Assembly (NCBI RefSeq): GCF_022045235.1
Contig: NW_027266268.1
Span: 37,262,001 to 37,326,000, forward strand
DNA: 64,000 nucleotides
DNA from: Haliotis cracherodii
Taxonomy: Eukaryota
Reading direction: 5' to 3'
The notes beneath the pieces are model-generated. The model was not told where the DNA came from, made no database searches, and worked only from the letters and a program-made list of their open reading frames with translations. The position numbers and the translations under genes are program-made. Shown piece by piece: positions 35,383-49,710 of this stretch; within the stretch, counting starts at the first letter, position 1; each line of letters starts with the position of its first letter.

Positions 35383-37376
35383 GATGGCGAGGATCTAGCT
35401 GCAAAAGAGTAAACACAATATTAAATTGACTTATTATCTGGTTATTACGAGTGTAACTACAGTATTCTAGTTACTATAGCAACTGAAGAAGCGTGGAATT
35501 AATTAATTATCAAAACAAAGACGACAAAGCCCATGTTCATAACCGCAAGAGACGATTAATGGGATCGGCTGACATGGTTGATGCATGTCATCGTATCCCA
35601 ATCGCCTTGATCGATGCTCATGATGTCCATTACTGGTTTGTCTTAGCCAGACTCGATTATTTACAGACCTACATATAGCTGGAATATTGCTGAGTGCAGA
35701 GTTTAACAACAAACAGAAAAACAAATCAATGATCATAAGAAATCTGTACTAAATGAAGAAACTGTAATGGTAAGAACGACCCCACATGTTTCCATGTGCT
35801 CTTGAAGGATAACTTAAGTAAATACTTATTCCATTTTTAAAACAATGACCTACAGCCGTGTCGACTTATAGTTTGCGTACAGAGACTCGCTTTCTATTTA
35901 TCACCCCAAATCAACACTATGATATCAATTGTTATACATCTATTGAGAATCTTGCAATTCCATTGGTTAACCCGAAGCACGTGACGGAACAAAACATTTC
36001 AATGTTCACATCCAAATCACGTGACCTGTCACGTGATGAATATTGATTCTCTTCAACTAGAATAAAAAAAAGGCGTCCGGTTCTGATGTATCGCGGTTGG
36101 CAGGTTTCTGTAATCGACAGAGGACAGTTTCATAACTGTTTCAGGGCTTCATAAAGTTTGAAGTGAATTTCAGTAAAACAAAACGAATGATTACTCTTGG
36201 CGAGGTCAACACGGGAAAAAAAGGACACTCGGACCCGTCCGCTTCGGTAGTCTTACCGAACCTCGGCCTGTCTTCTGTGTAAAAAGTACATCTAACTACA
36301 ATCAGTGTCAGAGAGAAAAGTGATGTCAATTGACCGTGATGTCATGGTAATCGATGACGTCACAATGGTATGGAAAGCATTGTTAGGCAATTTCTCCCGT
36401 GATAGCCACTTTTACATGATAAACGTACATGCTGCCCTGTCAGGTATATTATGAGAACTACCTTCGATTAATTGCGGTTCATCGTTATCAAGGAAGGTAT
36501 GTCAGAAGATTAATTCCAATGGAAAGATATAGAGGATATTTCATGTGCCAAGTTTCTCTCATCTCATTTTCCCGAGAAACATTGAATATATTTTATTATA
36601 TACTTTTTGTGTAGTTCTCTACGGGAATCGTTTTTTATTACAAATGTTAAACCTTGAAACGTACATTCTCCCTAACTGACACGCAGGCACGTTTCACCAC
36701 CCCATGTAATTGCGACTTAAAAAGAAGTTCCGAGTACGCAAAATCATAAAAAATATAAACAAAAGTAATAACAATATTGAATTAAATTCTTTATCATGCA
36801 TTTGGATGTGATTATAAACGAAATCCGCTGTTCGAAGCGAAGGAATACACGCTGATCAAGTAACAAAAATGAGAAATGTAAAGTTTATAGCAAAACATTT
36901 AAAAGAGAATCACAAAGGGCAAGAAGCGATATTATCTCCATAAATGGCCATCTGTCATTATTTTGCCTTGTAAATGTGGAGCGAGGTTAACGTAATCAGG
37001 AAGTCGGCAATTTGTGTACGTGTCGGACACTAGATAAAGGGAGACAATTTAAGGGGAGGTCACTCTTGTTATCAATTGTTTAGTTCACTGCAAAGAAAAC
37101 ATCGCTTTACTCAGAAAAATCAATCAATTGAAGCATATCATAAAAAAACGTAATTCTGAGTTTCGAGTTGGTTATTCTCTTTCTTACCCATAATCAAATT
37201 TACTGCTAGCATCTCTGGATCCGAACCCTCACCATCCCGATATGTCTAGCGTCTGTAGCCATAAACAAATGTATCCCTACGCAAGGGTAAACAAACGACC
37301 ATATCACGGCACGTCCGATTGTGTACAATAAGCTCGCTATTACCATGCACATTTAGTTTATTTGTATCACTTATAT

Positions 37377-37653
37377 GGGGGCACGGGTAGCCCAGTCGTC
37401 TAAGGCGCCGCGATTCGCTGTGCAGAATTGCGTCCCTTGGGCACGCCAGAAACCTATGATTGTGGGTTCAAATCCCGGTTCGCCCCGATTATGTGTCTAG
37501 GTTTGTCAGCACCATACCCGTGCTCGTGGGTTTCACCGAAGTGGTAAACGTCTGAAACACTTCGGGCTTTCCTCCAACATTAAGCTGACACGCCGTGATA
37601 TAACTGGAATACTGTTAAAAAGCGGCGTTAAGCCCAACCCACTCACTCACACT
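37377..37653 (+). mobile_element. SINE family B copy
   Basis: Family consensus. Confidence 0.85.
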
Positions 37654-37809
37654 CCTGAGATTCATTACATTGAATTCATTGACTTAAACAGATGCAAGTT
37701 AACAATTTTATGATAAACATTGACGAGTGTTGAATGGGCCACACGTGTTATTTATTCGGAATCAGAATCCAGAATTATGCGACGTCTCATTCCATATCAG
37801 CACACGGAT

Positions 37810-38012
37810 GATAAGTATGGACAAGATATATGGATGAACAACTTCTTTATTACAATTAGGAGCCACGTTTCCGTGTAGTTTCTGACACTGTTATCCAGCA
37901 AGTGTGTTAGAACATACACCGAAACGCCGGTCCAAATTGTAATAGAGACGTTGTTCTTCCATATATCTCATCCTTACTTAGTACCCAAACTTGTAAATGT
38001 CTCTCAAAGAAC
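37810..38012. mobile_element. Inverted pair of the same Penelope-like repeat
   Basis: Minus copy 37810-37904, plus copy 37905-38012. Confidence 0.6.
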
Positions 38013-40185
38013 TTAACGTGGATGATAGACTGAAAGAACAAATGAATGAAAAGTAGTACCGGCGACCAAGAAAAACCTATTCGTCACCACTCGCCTCTTT
38101 TCGTAACCTGCAAGAAGACTCGTCCCCCTATCGATGAATGTTATGTGCGAAAATACGACAACCCAATCAGAATGAGCATATGATTTCAAGTTCTTCGTCA
38201 AAGAATCCCTCAGGAATAATTTTTGATTTTACATATGTCTTGCATCTAAAATAATATCCAATACACAGTTAAATGTGTTCAATGATACTGTATAATTCCG
38301 CACGTTCCGATGTGCTTTAAATTGCATCTGAAATACATATATAATATATGGGGAAATATATGCGAGCCATTACGCAACGAGTTGACAATTGTTTTAGGTA
38401 TGCCCGTTTGCGCTAAGACGGAACCCGGTCGCAAAACTGGCCATGACAGGGACACGAGTCGCAATTCTGCTTGTCCCGGAATAACACGAGTTGGTCACGA
38501 ATGAGAAAAGCCGAGTTATTTATAAAAGAACTGTAATTACCAAGAAAATTACGGAACATTAGAATACCCTCTATCCGGCTTCTCTAATGGTTAAGAAAAG
38601 GCATACCTCCGGTCTTTGACTGCCATTCCTGGCAACACTGACATGTCCTACACCTTGTATCGACGTTACCGTAACACATGTAGCATTTCCTACAAAAAGT
38701 ATCTTGATCTATCCCACGTATCCTGCGTTATACGGAGTGCCTAGTATCTGTGTATCCCAGCTCGACGCCACGCCGACAGTGTATTATCTCGCCACGGTGA
38801 TATCGCGTTCGTTGTTAATCACCAGGAATACCTTAATATCGCTTCCTTTCTAAATTACAATTCTCTACCTTAATGTTATTGCGTCCGTTGTATACTATCA
38901 TCCTCAACCGTAACATTGTGGCTTTTGTAAATTATCTTGCTCTACCTGAGTATCACGCCAAGTATCGTGATCTAACTATATATCGTGTCATAATCACACC
39001 GACATGCTTTGCATATACATTGCATAACATTTGTTTAGAACCCAAACCTAAACCTCATAAAACTCCTTTAGGGACGTGACGTGTTTCCCCTAAATATGGT
39101 TAGCGTTGTTTGTAACATCTATAGCATGCTTAAAGTATAAATCTAAAATGTTTATAATCTTAACGTTATATATTCACCTGGCACCATCACTATTTTTATA
39201 ACAAATGTTATATTTGGGATAACACGTTCTGAGTAAGGTACAGATTCTTGTACTTCTTTTGGTTGAGTCTCGTCCGGAATTCGAACCCACACTGCCTGAA
39301 CCCACACTCAGCAACCGAGGCTTCCACAAACTGGTAGTGTACAAGTAGTGTAAAAAGATCATGTACTTTGTGTACCCCTCTGACAAGTGTAAATTGGCAC
39401 GGCTCCCATGGCCGAAAGCTATGAACACACAATGCCATTGAGAAAGTGGTCAACTGTAACAAATGTTATATTTGGGATAACAATAAACTTTACTCAGAAA
39501 GTGTTATCCCAAACATAACATTTGTCACATTTGACCGCTTTTTAAATGGCATTGTGTATTCACACCATCACTATTTCACAGTGATTCATAAACACATGCT
39601 TATGATAGTATTACACAATGGACAAGGCAGACATATTTTGTGTTTATGGATTTGGTGATCCGTCGTTTATATTAATAGGAAAACCTGATCACAATATTTA
39701 GATTCACGATTGACATGAGTGGTAGTTTTGCCGAGAATTTAACCTGGTATAGGTATTCTGATATGTTCAAAAAGCGAAAATCGAAAGGTTTTACGATCGG
39801 ACAGCACCAACATCAAGGGTTCACAAATTAAATCATGTCAGTTCAGATACGCCCTGTGATTCACGACTTTGTATGCTGCTGTGTTTATCAAAGCAAAATG
39901 AATAATAATAATTTATTTCCCTCATTAAATTCTCGCAGTCACTCACTCATACACTCAAGGCTCTTCGTCAATTTGCTTTACGGACTGATGCCGACAGAAG
40001 GTATCTAGTAACCATAGTTACATACGACAAGAAGCCCCGCTTTCGTGCGACCTGGAATTTAACAGAGATGTCTCATAACATCTTGGATAGGCATTTAGAA
40101 GTCTACTCCAGTAGAACAATATCTACTCTACTGCATAAACATTGCGTCCTACTTGTATATATACTTGCCAACCACACTCTGTAAA

Positions 40186-40275
40186 TCACTTGCTTGATAA
40201 CGGTGTTAGAATCTACACCGAAACGCTCCTAATTGTAATAAAGAAGTTGTTCATCCATAAATTCTTATCCTTACT
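40186..40275 (+). mobile_element. Penelope-like repeat fragment with TTGATAA hammerhead core
   Basis: gcttgataacggtgttagaatctacaccgaaac..aataaagaagttgttcatcc. Confidence 0.6.
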
Positions 40276-40550
40276 GAGATTTCTCATGATTATGAAAATG
40301 GCTGTTTTCACTTTTATTTACAAAGAATCTCACCCGTTTCGAAAAAAATAAGCTCTATATGCCACACATCTTTCTGGTTATCAAAGTATATAATATTGTC
40401 ATAACTGGGTAAAATACTGACGAGATGCATACTATTGTCCAAAAGAAATGAAATAAAACTTTCGAGAGAATACGGGTCCAGTTTTTTGGTCAGTACAATC
40501 GGAGATTTAGTAATGCAAAAAATGCGGTAGAACACCTCAGCCATACTTAC

Positions 40551-40655
40551 CTTGAACACAGACGCAGGTAAACTGTCTCTCAGTAGCCCTTGCCACAGTT
40601 CAGATAACACCTGACGAAGCTGATAGCCCTCTGTGTATGGAAACCCGTCCGTGTC
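40551..40655 (-). other. Probable non-coding first exon (5' UTR) of gene C
   Basis: TTCAAG|GTAAGTATGG donor at 40550; paralogous to the 25255 block; TATAAG at ~40687-40682 just upstream. Confidence 0.65.
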
Positions 40656-41209
40656 TAAATTCTGAATAACTCCTGATCAGACTTATAAGTTTCATTAAGT
40701 GATATCTTGTTTGAACCGGTTGTATTGCCCATGAAAGCATTTGAAATGCTCACGATGATGAAGATAATATCTTATGAAATCAATATAAATTACTTTTGTG
40801 ATGAGGTTCAGATATTATTCATGTCAGACGAAAATTGACCACTTCGTTTTAACAGAACCAAAAACCTGGGGTGTCTGTGACTTCACTAAATATTCTTGTA
40901 ATGCGAAATCAAGTTCCCTCCTGTACATTACTTACTTTGGAGATTCAACGTGCTCTTTCCGACTGATGCGTATTTCGCACACGGGCCCGGCCAGGCCAGT
41001 TAATGTGTTTCCGAGAGGGACGAAAGTGGTGTGAGCAACCCAAGGGGGGGGGGGGGGGGGGGGTCTGTTGCCAATCACCTATCAGCGCCGATCATATGTT
41101 GGCTTCCCTTGTTAGTTTCAACCCTTTGTTATTTTCCACCTTTTGTTATCTTGTAATTTTGTTGTCCTTACATTTTCATATATATGCTCTCTGCCTCATG
41201 GCATTCATT

Positions 41210-41249
41210 CACCTGATGAAGGAGGAACCATATACTCCGAAACGTTGTG
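41210..41249 (+). ncRNA. Minimal hammerhead ribozyme in Penelope-like terminal repeat
   Basis: CAC-CTGATGA-A-GGAG(loop)CTCC-GAAAC-GTT-GTG followed by AATAAA; matches the minimal type I hammerheads of Penelope-like elements. Confidence 0.7.
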
Positions 41250-43254
41250 TTCCTCATAATAAAGAAGTTGACCTCCATATATTCTCTTCCTTATGTGTAT
41301 CACTTCTAAATGCCTTTCAAAGACCTAATCCAGTGATCGATAATAAATTTTATGAGCAACGACCCACGATGCCGGAGTACGATGAAACACCACGTCAGCC
41401 AGCCTGACCTCTTCTAACCTGGAATCCTCACGGGACCTTTATATTAGTAGGACTGAGACAAAATGAAATTTCGCTTCCTTGACTGAAGGATGTTAGATAT
41501 ATGAGAACGCGACCGTTACCATTTATGTTTTGGTTTGACAGAGGTTCAGAAGCACATTATGAGGCAAACGTTGAATTGTGGAATTTATTTTCTTCCATAC
41601 TGTCAAAGACGTCCACAGTCAGACTGACCTCGGGGGGTCATTGTACGACCTTGTTTTCTGACCCCCAATAGAGATTTATTTTTTAACTTTTCGTGAGCAC
41701 CTGCCGCCATCACTGATTATTAGTGATCCATTCCTATAATTTTCATCACTATTTTGTCTTTTACGCCCAATGAAATCTGTTTCGGCAGATAATCGAGACT
41801 GGTTATTCTCTGGCGTTGATGTTTACTATTTGCAATAATTCTGTTCATTTTATACACCGAAAAATATGATCTAATTTGATTTATCTGAAGATAGATTTGT
41901 GCTATAAGTGAACATTTGAAGGGGTCGCCTTAACATTATCTTGCTTCTTGTCAATATGTCAATATACTGGTTTCTTAGGGTCAAAGTCCACCGAAACTAA
42001 TCTGTCAACCAATTGATTCTGTTGCCTGCCTGTGTGCTTGCAGCCTAACGCCCAGACCTTCCCTGTAAGCAAACATCCAGATAATACAAGGAAAACATTT
42101 ACGGGGTTTGGGAATGACAATATATTTAAATGAAATATTCAATATTGGAAATTGATAATGACAAGACATGTTTCTGTGGTTCAGCATGAACATATTTCTT
42201 AAAGGTTTCTCATTACTTATAAGCAGCAGAATATCTGCGCTGTGCACAGTAGACCTAATTCTAAGCCAACATATCGTTTTCAGTTTTATGAAAATATGTA
42301 CTGCACTATTGTGGCACTGGATTGTCTGGTTCATGATTATTTTGTCACGATCGATTTACAGGACGCTCACTTTTTGGTGGGAGTGGTGGGTGCTGCCGGT
42401 AGAGCGGGACATGCTTACGATTTTCGCGAACACCTTGTGCCATCCCTGATTGTCAGTGATCCATAATTTTCACGGCTATTTTGGCTTTTGAGCTTAGTGG
42501 ATTTTTTCAGCAGATAATCGAGACTGGCCTTGCGTTGGCGTTCTATATATATTTTTTAAAGCAAGGAAGAAATTTAAACAACGAATGATGATACACAAAA
42601 TAGATGAGATGTTAATGTATGGCAGCATTCATATCATAACCCACATCAACCCTAGCTGATATAGGAGTCTCGGGTTGATTTGGGGTTTGATATGAAGACG
42701 TTAATATAACCTTTTTATCAATTGTAAAATGTGAATGCAAAACATTTTCACCTTGTTTGGAAGTCATTGTCACGGGAAAACTAGCTGAGCAGACGACGCA
42801 CTAAGGGACGTAACTCTAAGTTTTCCCACCTGGGATCGCCAATTTTAAATGCGTTCATAAATCATATGTGGCCGTCGGAGGGGTGGGTGGGTTATTACAC
42901 CCCCGTGATATGACCGTCTCCATGTTAGACTATCGCACATTCAAAATGCCTCATATCATTGATAGGTATATGATAAAATGTTCTATAGCTAAAATACCCG
43001 TATGTACCCTAACTATCAAATACATGTTTCGTTTTGTCACCAGGTCCCCGAAAGCAGGCGTGTCACTGTATTACAGTTAGGCAATGTCAACGGAGATAAG
43101 AAAGGTACACAACGCCAGAGGCCATACCTCTGTCACCAGGCCTAGTTTGAGGGTGTGTGTGTGTGTGGTGGGGGGTGTAGTCATGCAATATATGAGTGAT
43201 GAGTGATCACTGAGAGTGTTGAGGCTTTGCTGTTATCGCCGGAGACTAATGTAC

Positions 43255-43700
43255 TTTTCCACCAGCTACAGCCTTTGGTGTCCACACTTCACAATTTTTA
43301 GGTACGATCGTGCATGCTTTTTCTACTTTGATTTTAAAGAGCGCCTTACGACTTTTACTCAAAAATGGTTTAATCAGGGTTTCAACATCCAAAGCCTTTA
43401 GTAAAGCTTTCAAAAGATTTTATGGTAGACATTTGAACGACATTTCCAAATGTGACGACTCGGTGACAAAATTATGTCCGTTGTAATTATTTTGACTCGT
43501 GCCATATGTTCCCCTGTTTTTTCAGGTGAACAGTTGCCTTGCATTTGCATGTGTTTGTGATGGGTACCACCGGTGGGACAGGATACGCTCACCTTTTATC
43601 ACCTTATATCATCAATATTTAATTTTAATTCATAAACACATGCGTGTAACATAGTTAGAATCGTATAATGGACTCTGCTTTAAGCGGATAGTTCTCATGA
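43255..43700 (+). mobile_element. Decayed Penelope-like retroelement 3' fragment (RT C-terminus plus 3' motif)
   Basis: Across frameshifts reads AFGVHTSQF.RYDRAC.Y.DFKER..FTQKWFNQGF...KAFKRFYGRH, followed by a GGGTACCACCGGTGGGACAGG motif also seen at 42378 and 54247. Confidence 0.5.
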
Positions 43701-44249
43701 TTATGGACAGGGCTCTGTCGCTATTATTTGTGAGAGAGCGAATGGGTTTAATGCCATTTTGAATAGTACCTCCCTATCACGTGTATCAGCGTGAGGATGT
43801 AACGCAGGGTGGAGACGTTCACCATTAGGGATACCCATCCCCACGGTTATGGTACTGACAAACCAAGTGTCGTCACCATGACGACTCTGGGATTCGAACC
43901 ATGGTCGTTGGATTCAGGAACGAATGTGGGCTAACAATATGTACAGCGAATTGTCTGCGGCGATGAATACGGAGCTGGTCGTCCCAGAACCAGTTCAATC
44001 TGCTGTCGTCAGTGAAACATTCGCTGTTAACCTGGTAACCAGGTAACAGGTAACACGGTAACTATTCAGCTAATGATGCCAACGATAAGGCTGAAAGCTT
44101 TACTACAGTTTTCAGATCATACGGTGAACTGAACCTGTTCACGACTCATCCTGTCTCGGGGCTGGCCAAGCTATGTTAAAACGTCGCAACACTCTGGCGA
44201 TGGTACAGCTGACGTTCCTGCAAGGCAGATTTGCTGTCATACAGTAGTT

Positions 44250-44400
44250 GGGCGACGGGGTAGCCGAGAGGTTAAAGTGTTCGCTCGACCGCCTAAGAAC
44301 CGGGTTCGATTCCCAAAATGTGAAGCTTATTCCTGATCCCCCGCCGTGATATTGCTGGAATATTGCTCAAAGCGGCATAAAACCAAACTTACTCACTCAT
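44250..44400 (+). mobile_element. SINE family A copy (diverged)
   Basis: A/B boxes and shared tail. Confidence 0.7.
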
Positions 44401-45050
44401 ACCGTAGTCTGGGGCCAGTCAGCGTCATCATATATAGATCATTAAAATATAAAGTCCCCTTTAGATACCGTACATATTACACGCAGTGTATATAAAAACG
44501 TTTTGTAATACATGAGTTGTAATAAAAAAAGGTATCTAGCAGGGATGACTGAAGTGATATATTTATTACTCACTTAGATTCAACGTCGAAATATATGGTA
44601 TATGGCCCGCTATTGGCTTTGTGATAACATACGAGTCAGCAGATGGCTATTTGATATTATATTTGTTCTAAATACGCCATGATATACACTTTATGTTCAT
44701 TTTCGGAGCACGAAAGATTCCAAACACGAGACTGCATCGCTTGACATGACATTTCTTACGATCGTCCAAGGGAGACTACTCTCATGTACAACACGAAGTT
44801 CAAGGTCGTAAGTAGGCTAATGCTGTGATCATCTTTCAACAAAATACTTTTTAATGCCACGATGCTGGCACTTTTACAATACAAAAGTGGGATTCCGTAT
44901 ATTCCATTTCGCACGTATTTGTTTGCGGGTTTGCCGATTGATCACAGCCAGTGCAATAAGTCACAGACTTACATATTAAAGTAAAAAATATCGATAATAC
45001 AGCATTGGGATGCACGCATAGTGTGTCTGAGTATTACTGTTGTTTTGTGC

Positions 45051-45088
<38 letters not shown>

Positions 45089-45125
45089 AAGTAGTAGTAG
45101 TAGTTGTAGTAGAGTGCAGTAGTAG
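45051..45125. repeat. (AGT)n microsatellite
   Basis: Direct reading. Confidence 0.9.
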
Positions 45126-46379
45126 CGTCAATCGGGAGGAGAGTACAGTTGCACAGCGCCACCGACGTCCCTGTTCTCAAGGCAACTGACGCCAAACATA
45201 GTTCCGTCTGCACGTGGTGTTATTAAGTAATGTGTAATAACGGTGTATTGTTATTAAAACTGATCCCTTCACAAAATGAGAAATACAAAACAATCTTCCC
45301 TAAATTATTCGAACAAGATGACAACGTGCAAATGTACAGACGTCTTCGGAAATACCTTCCCAAGCAACCTGTTGTATCAAAGGCTTAGCGACGGCTCACG
45401 TTTAATCTTATTAAAAGAAAGATGTGAGAAAATTGAACTTCAAAACTGACGTAGTAATGCTAAACAGAGTCCAATCTAGCCACCAATCTGGTCAGAAATG
45501 TTATTACATTATAATAATCTGCCAAGACAACAAAAATTATGCAATCGGCATAACTTGGAGAAAGTGGCCGATGAACAAACTTTCTATTTGCAGTGGCCTT
45601 GTCCGTGTTTGCCCACGCAATACGAGACGTCCCTAAACACACGTGCAACATCGACAGACGGACAAAAACGCCACACACCACTGTGCTCATGTCTGGACTA
45701 CTTCCGACCACGTTCCGCTGGCCAACAATCGGCAATCCTCGTCCGTTTCCGTCACCGCAAGGAAGACCCTCAGAACTGTGAATGCTGGAAATTTGGGGGC
45801 AACTTGTCTCAATACATCAAACACTCATGTTTCCTCCCAAACACTCTCACGGAAGCATATTGTTGTGCGTTAAGTGATTATTTGTATTTAATTTTCGTTT
45901 GTTTAAAATAGTTTCGGAAAAAATACCTGTGTTTTATTTGTACTGGTGTAAATACTATGTTATTTAATATAATATCTGTTCATTCGTCTGATCAATGTTT
46001 TATCATACCAAATTCATTGATAAAACCTAGACCTGGTACCAGAAGACAGAGCGACACGGCCTAGAGGGTGGTTTTACAACTCAATTAACAATGTCAATAT
46101 ACCCATGCTCGTGGGTTTCGCTGACGTGGTATCTGGCTCAGACCTTCCTCGCTTCCGGTTTTTCTTCCACATTAAGCTAACACACCGCGGTATAACTGGT
46201 AATCTGTTCAAAGCGGCGTTAAACTCAACTTACCCCTCGCGTATTTAGAAGTTTTTATCCTAGTGAGTATATTCAAAAGAAACGTGTTCCAAGATGATGA
46301 CTGTATACAAAGTCACGTGCCTGCAGTAGTTCATGGCTAGCATTGACTACACGCGGTCTTTGGATTTACTTAAACAATA

Positions 46380-46560
46380 AGAGGCGACTAACGGGATCAG
46401 GTGATCAGGCTCGTTGACTTGGTTGATGCATGTCATCGTAACCCAATAAGTGGATCGATGCTCATGATGTCAATCATTGGATTGTCTGGTCCAGACTCGA
46501 TTATTTACAGACCGCCTACACATAGCTTGAATATTGCTGAGTGCGGCGTTAAACAACAAA
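46380..46560 (+). mobile_element. SINE-like family D, 5'-truncated
   Basis: Consensus match. Confidence 0.75.
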
Positions 46561-46934
46561 GAATGAAAGGAAACGAGTCCCCTCAGATGACTCTTTTGAA
46601 CAGAAATGGCCGATGGTGTTCAGAAAATAGCCTAAGGTGGGGTAAGCTAGTGGTTCAAGTATTCGCTCGTCCCACCAAAGGCGCGGGTTCGACTACTTGA
46701 GAACAATGTGTGAAGCCGATCTCCCCCTCCGTGATATTGCTGGAATATTGCTAACAGCGCCGTGAAATCATCCTTTCTTATTAAGGCTCCGAAATGATCG
46801 TCTTTTAGGCGTTCCAGAAATGTATGATCGTGGGTTCGAATCTCAATCTACGGACACTAACAACACCAATGACTTATTGACCATATTCTAGTTTTACACC
46901 TTTACGTCTAATCCTTCCTTCTTTATTCCTCGCC

Positions 46935-47100
46935 GGGGCGGTCGGGTAGCCTAGTGGTTTAAGCGTTGGCTCGTCACGTCGAAGGCCCGGGTTCGATTCC
47001 CCACATGGGTTAAATGTGTGAAGCCAATTTCTGGTGTCAACCGCCGTGATATTGCTGGAATATTGGTAAAAGCGGTGTAAAACCATACTCACTCACTCAC
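46935..47100 (+). mobile_element. SINE family A copy
   Basis: TSD ttattcctc. Confidence 0.8.
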
Positions 47101-47388
47101 TTATTCCTCCCCCTTTCGCGTTACTGTACAACGTATATCCACACAAGGTTTAACGTCTGGTGCCAGTCTTCAAGAGCATAACATAGAAGCCCCTTCTAGC
47201 TGCCCTGTGATGTCTGTTGTCTGTTTATGGTGTCTGAAGTCTGCATTGGATTGTGTCATGTACTTGAATTAAGTTTATTCGTGTCCGTTTGAGGCGAGGT
47301 GAATACTATGGACGGATCTCACGACGTCAATACTGCGATAGTCGTTTATGTGTATGCAGTAGTTTTCCTAATCTGCTCTCTCATTAAA

Positions 47389-47660
47389 TGAGTTGGGTTT
47401 AACGTCCCTTTGAACAGCATTCCAGCTCTATCACGACGTGTCAGCTTAATGTGGGAGGAAAGCCCGAAGTGATGCAGGTCTCAGACGTTTACCACTACGG
47501 TGAAACCCACGAGCACGGGTATGGTGCTGACAAACCTAGAAACATAATCGGGGTGAACCGGGATTCGAACCCACAATCGAAGGTTTCTGGCATACCCAAG
47601 GGGCGCTACTCTGCACACCAAATTTCGGCACCAAAGACGACTGGGTCACCCGTGTCCCCT
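47389..47660 (-). mobile_element. SINE family B copy
   Basis: Reverse complement of consensus. Confidence 0.8.
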
Positions 47661-48650
47661 CTCACTCAGTGTGTGATAATCAAATGATTATGATACCTCT
47701 GACACAACACTTTTAATTGTCTATTTTTCAACTGAACCTCAGATAAAAACAAATACACATTTGGGTTATTGTTTATTGTTTCTTTTTCAATATATTGTAC
47801 GTATTCCTCCACGGAATGAACCTGAGAAAGAAAAAAGTGTAAGTATTTTACTCATGCAAAACATGTGAGCGTTTTAGAATCACTATATAAGAAATATACG
47901 ACTAGTGGTCGTTTTTTTATCGTACAGTAAAACACTACAGGGAGAATTGACCATGAGGGGCACAGTCGTTTATTTCTTATATGAAATATCAACACAAAGA
48001 ACAGCCTCTCTAAGGATGTTAAATGTGCAATCTTTAAAAAATATTTACCCGTATTTAAATAACCTGATTACAATACTCCCTGAATACAATCCTGCAATGT
48101 CGGAACAGGGGGTTAAATTTGGTATTTGCCGCATATTTTCACAATCCTCACGTCGATTATCTGCACCTTTTCCGACCCAATACCAATTGTCATATAATGC
48201 CCGATTTTGGGTGCGGCCGTTAGGCCATTCCGTCTGGGGAACAGCATAATAGACACATCCCTCTCAAAAAATAACGTCGTCCAATATATGTCGTCATCAA
48301 TTTCGCGAGCGCATGTTCGAATTTTCAGAAATGACGTCATGATAGAACAATGTTTTATCGGGAAATAAAACACACTTCGTTCTTCATTGTTCTTTGCGAT
48401 TTATCGCGTAACTGTCTATATACATAATGTTCAACCCCGACTACAACCCGTGAAGATCCGGGTTAAAATTTATCCTAAGCTGTTGTCGTGGCGACTAACG
48501 TGATCGAGTGGTAAGGCTCGGTAACTTGGTCGTTACATGTCATCGCATCCCAAATGCGTAGATTGATGCGAATGCTGTCAATCACTGAATTGTCTGGTCA
48601 AGATTCGATAATTTATAGACCGCCGCCACATTAATAGAACATTGATGCAT

Positions 48651-49571
48651 TTAAGGATTGACTGTGTATTTTTTTCGGTTCATTGAGGTATGAATCGAAA
48701 AACCGATGTGCAAACTGTATGAATCCGCGTAGCGGATTCTTACAAAAGTTTGCACATCGGTTTTTCGATTCATACCTCAGTGAACCGAAAAAAATACACA
48801 GTCAATGCTTATAATTAAATTCGACAACGTAAAACATGTTTTATCTACAATAGTTTAACCCAAAACAGTTGCATATATCAAAACAGACAAAAATGACGGC
48901 ATTGATGAACATTCCAGGTGTAGGAATACATACAGTGGCGTGACATGAATCAGGTGATCGTTTAATTTATGCACATAACTTGACAGCCCTACACAGTCAG
49001 TAGCCAATCAACGGAGAGTGGGATTAAAACAATGTTCATTTGACCTGTCAATTAAGGCAAGAGGCGAAAAGACTTGCAACAGTCAGACTGTAACGAACCG
49101 GAAAAAATATGTCCGAGAGAAGGCGGCTGTTTCAAATAACATAGTCATTTACTGCGTGATTCAAACATTACTTCTCTGATTACGGTAAAACAGTTGGAGA
49201 AATGCTAGTTAGAAATGAAACGCGAAGACATGAAAGTTCAACCGAGGCGAGCGGGAAAAAAAACTGGCGAGCGAGCCTGCACGTTTGCTGTTTCATTCAT
49301 TCTCGGCCTTCGGTTTCAAAGGGTAGTTTGGACAATGAATATGCATGAAAGTCGCTAAATGTCCTGTGCATGACGATACACGTGAGCAGAAAGGGAATTC
49401 CCTCGACTGTAATATTGGGATTCCCCGACATTCCGAAGTAATAAAAGTAGTGCGCAGCGGTGGGCGTGGCTGAATTTTTTACATTCATTGGGAAATAAAT
49501 GCAATAACACGTGACCAATTCAGCTAATCAGAATGCAGGAATTTCCATGAACACAACGAAAATTTAATTAT
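48651..49571. mobile_element. Hairpin-terminal non-autonomous element P2
   Basis: ~160-bp hairpin 48652-48811 (loop CCGCGTAGCGG), ataattaaatt ... aatttaattat; interrupts a family D SINE tail. Confidence 0.75.
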
Positions 49572-49683
49572 GTGGCGTTAACAACAAACAAACAAGACGA
49601 TTTGATCATTATCAGCATGCAGTGTGAAAGCTATACCGTATAGTCACAGGAACCAACCCTCTGTTGTGTACCTACCGTTGCAT

Positions 49684-49710
49684 CTACAGGTGACCAGCGA
49701 GTAGACTGAT
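49684..49710 (-). CDS. Gene D probable terminal coding exon
   Basis: Strong acceptor cttcctcttccccatctag|ISLLAGHL-TAG, phase 0. Confidence 0.55.
   Translation of the reverse strand: MSLLAGHL

Noticed and set aside
41044-41063. Poly-G run as functional G-quadruplex
   Set aside because: Simple homopolymer at the edge of a repeat fragment; no further support
44500-44700. Possible further hairpin-type element
   Set aside because: Arms too degenerate to pair convincingly by eye
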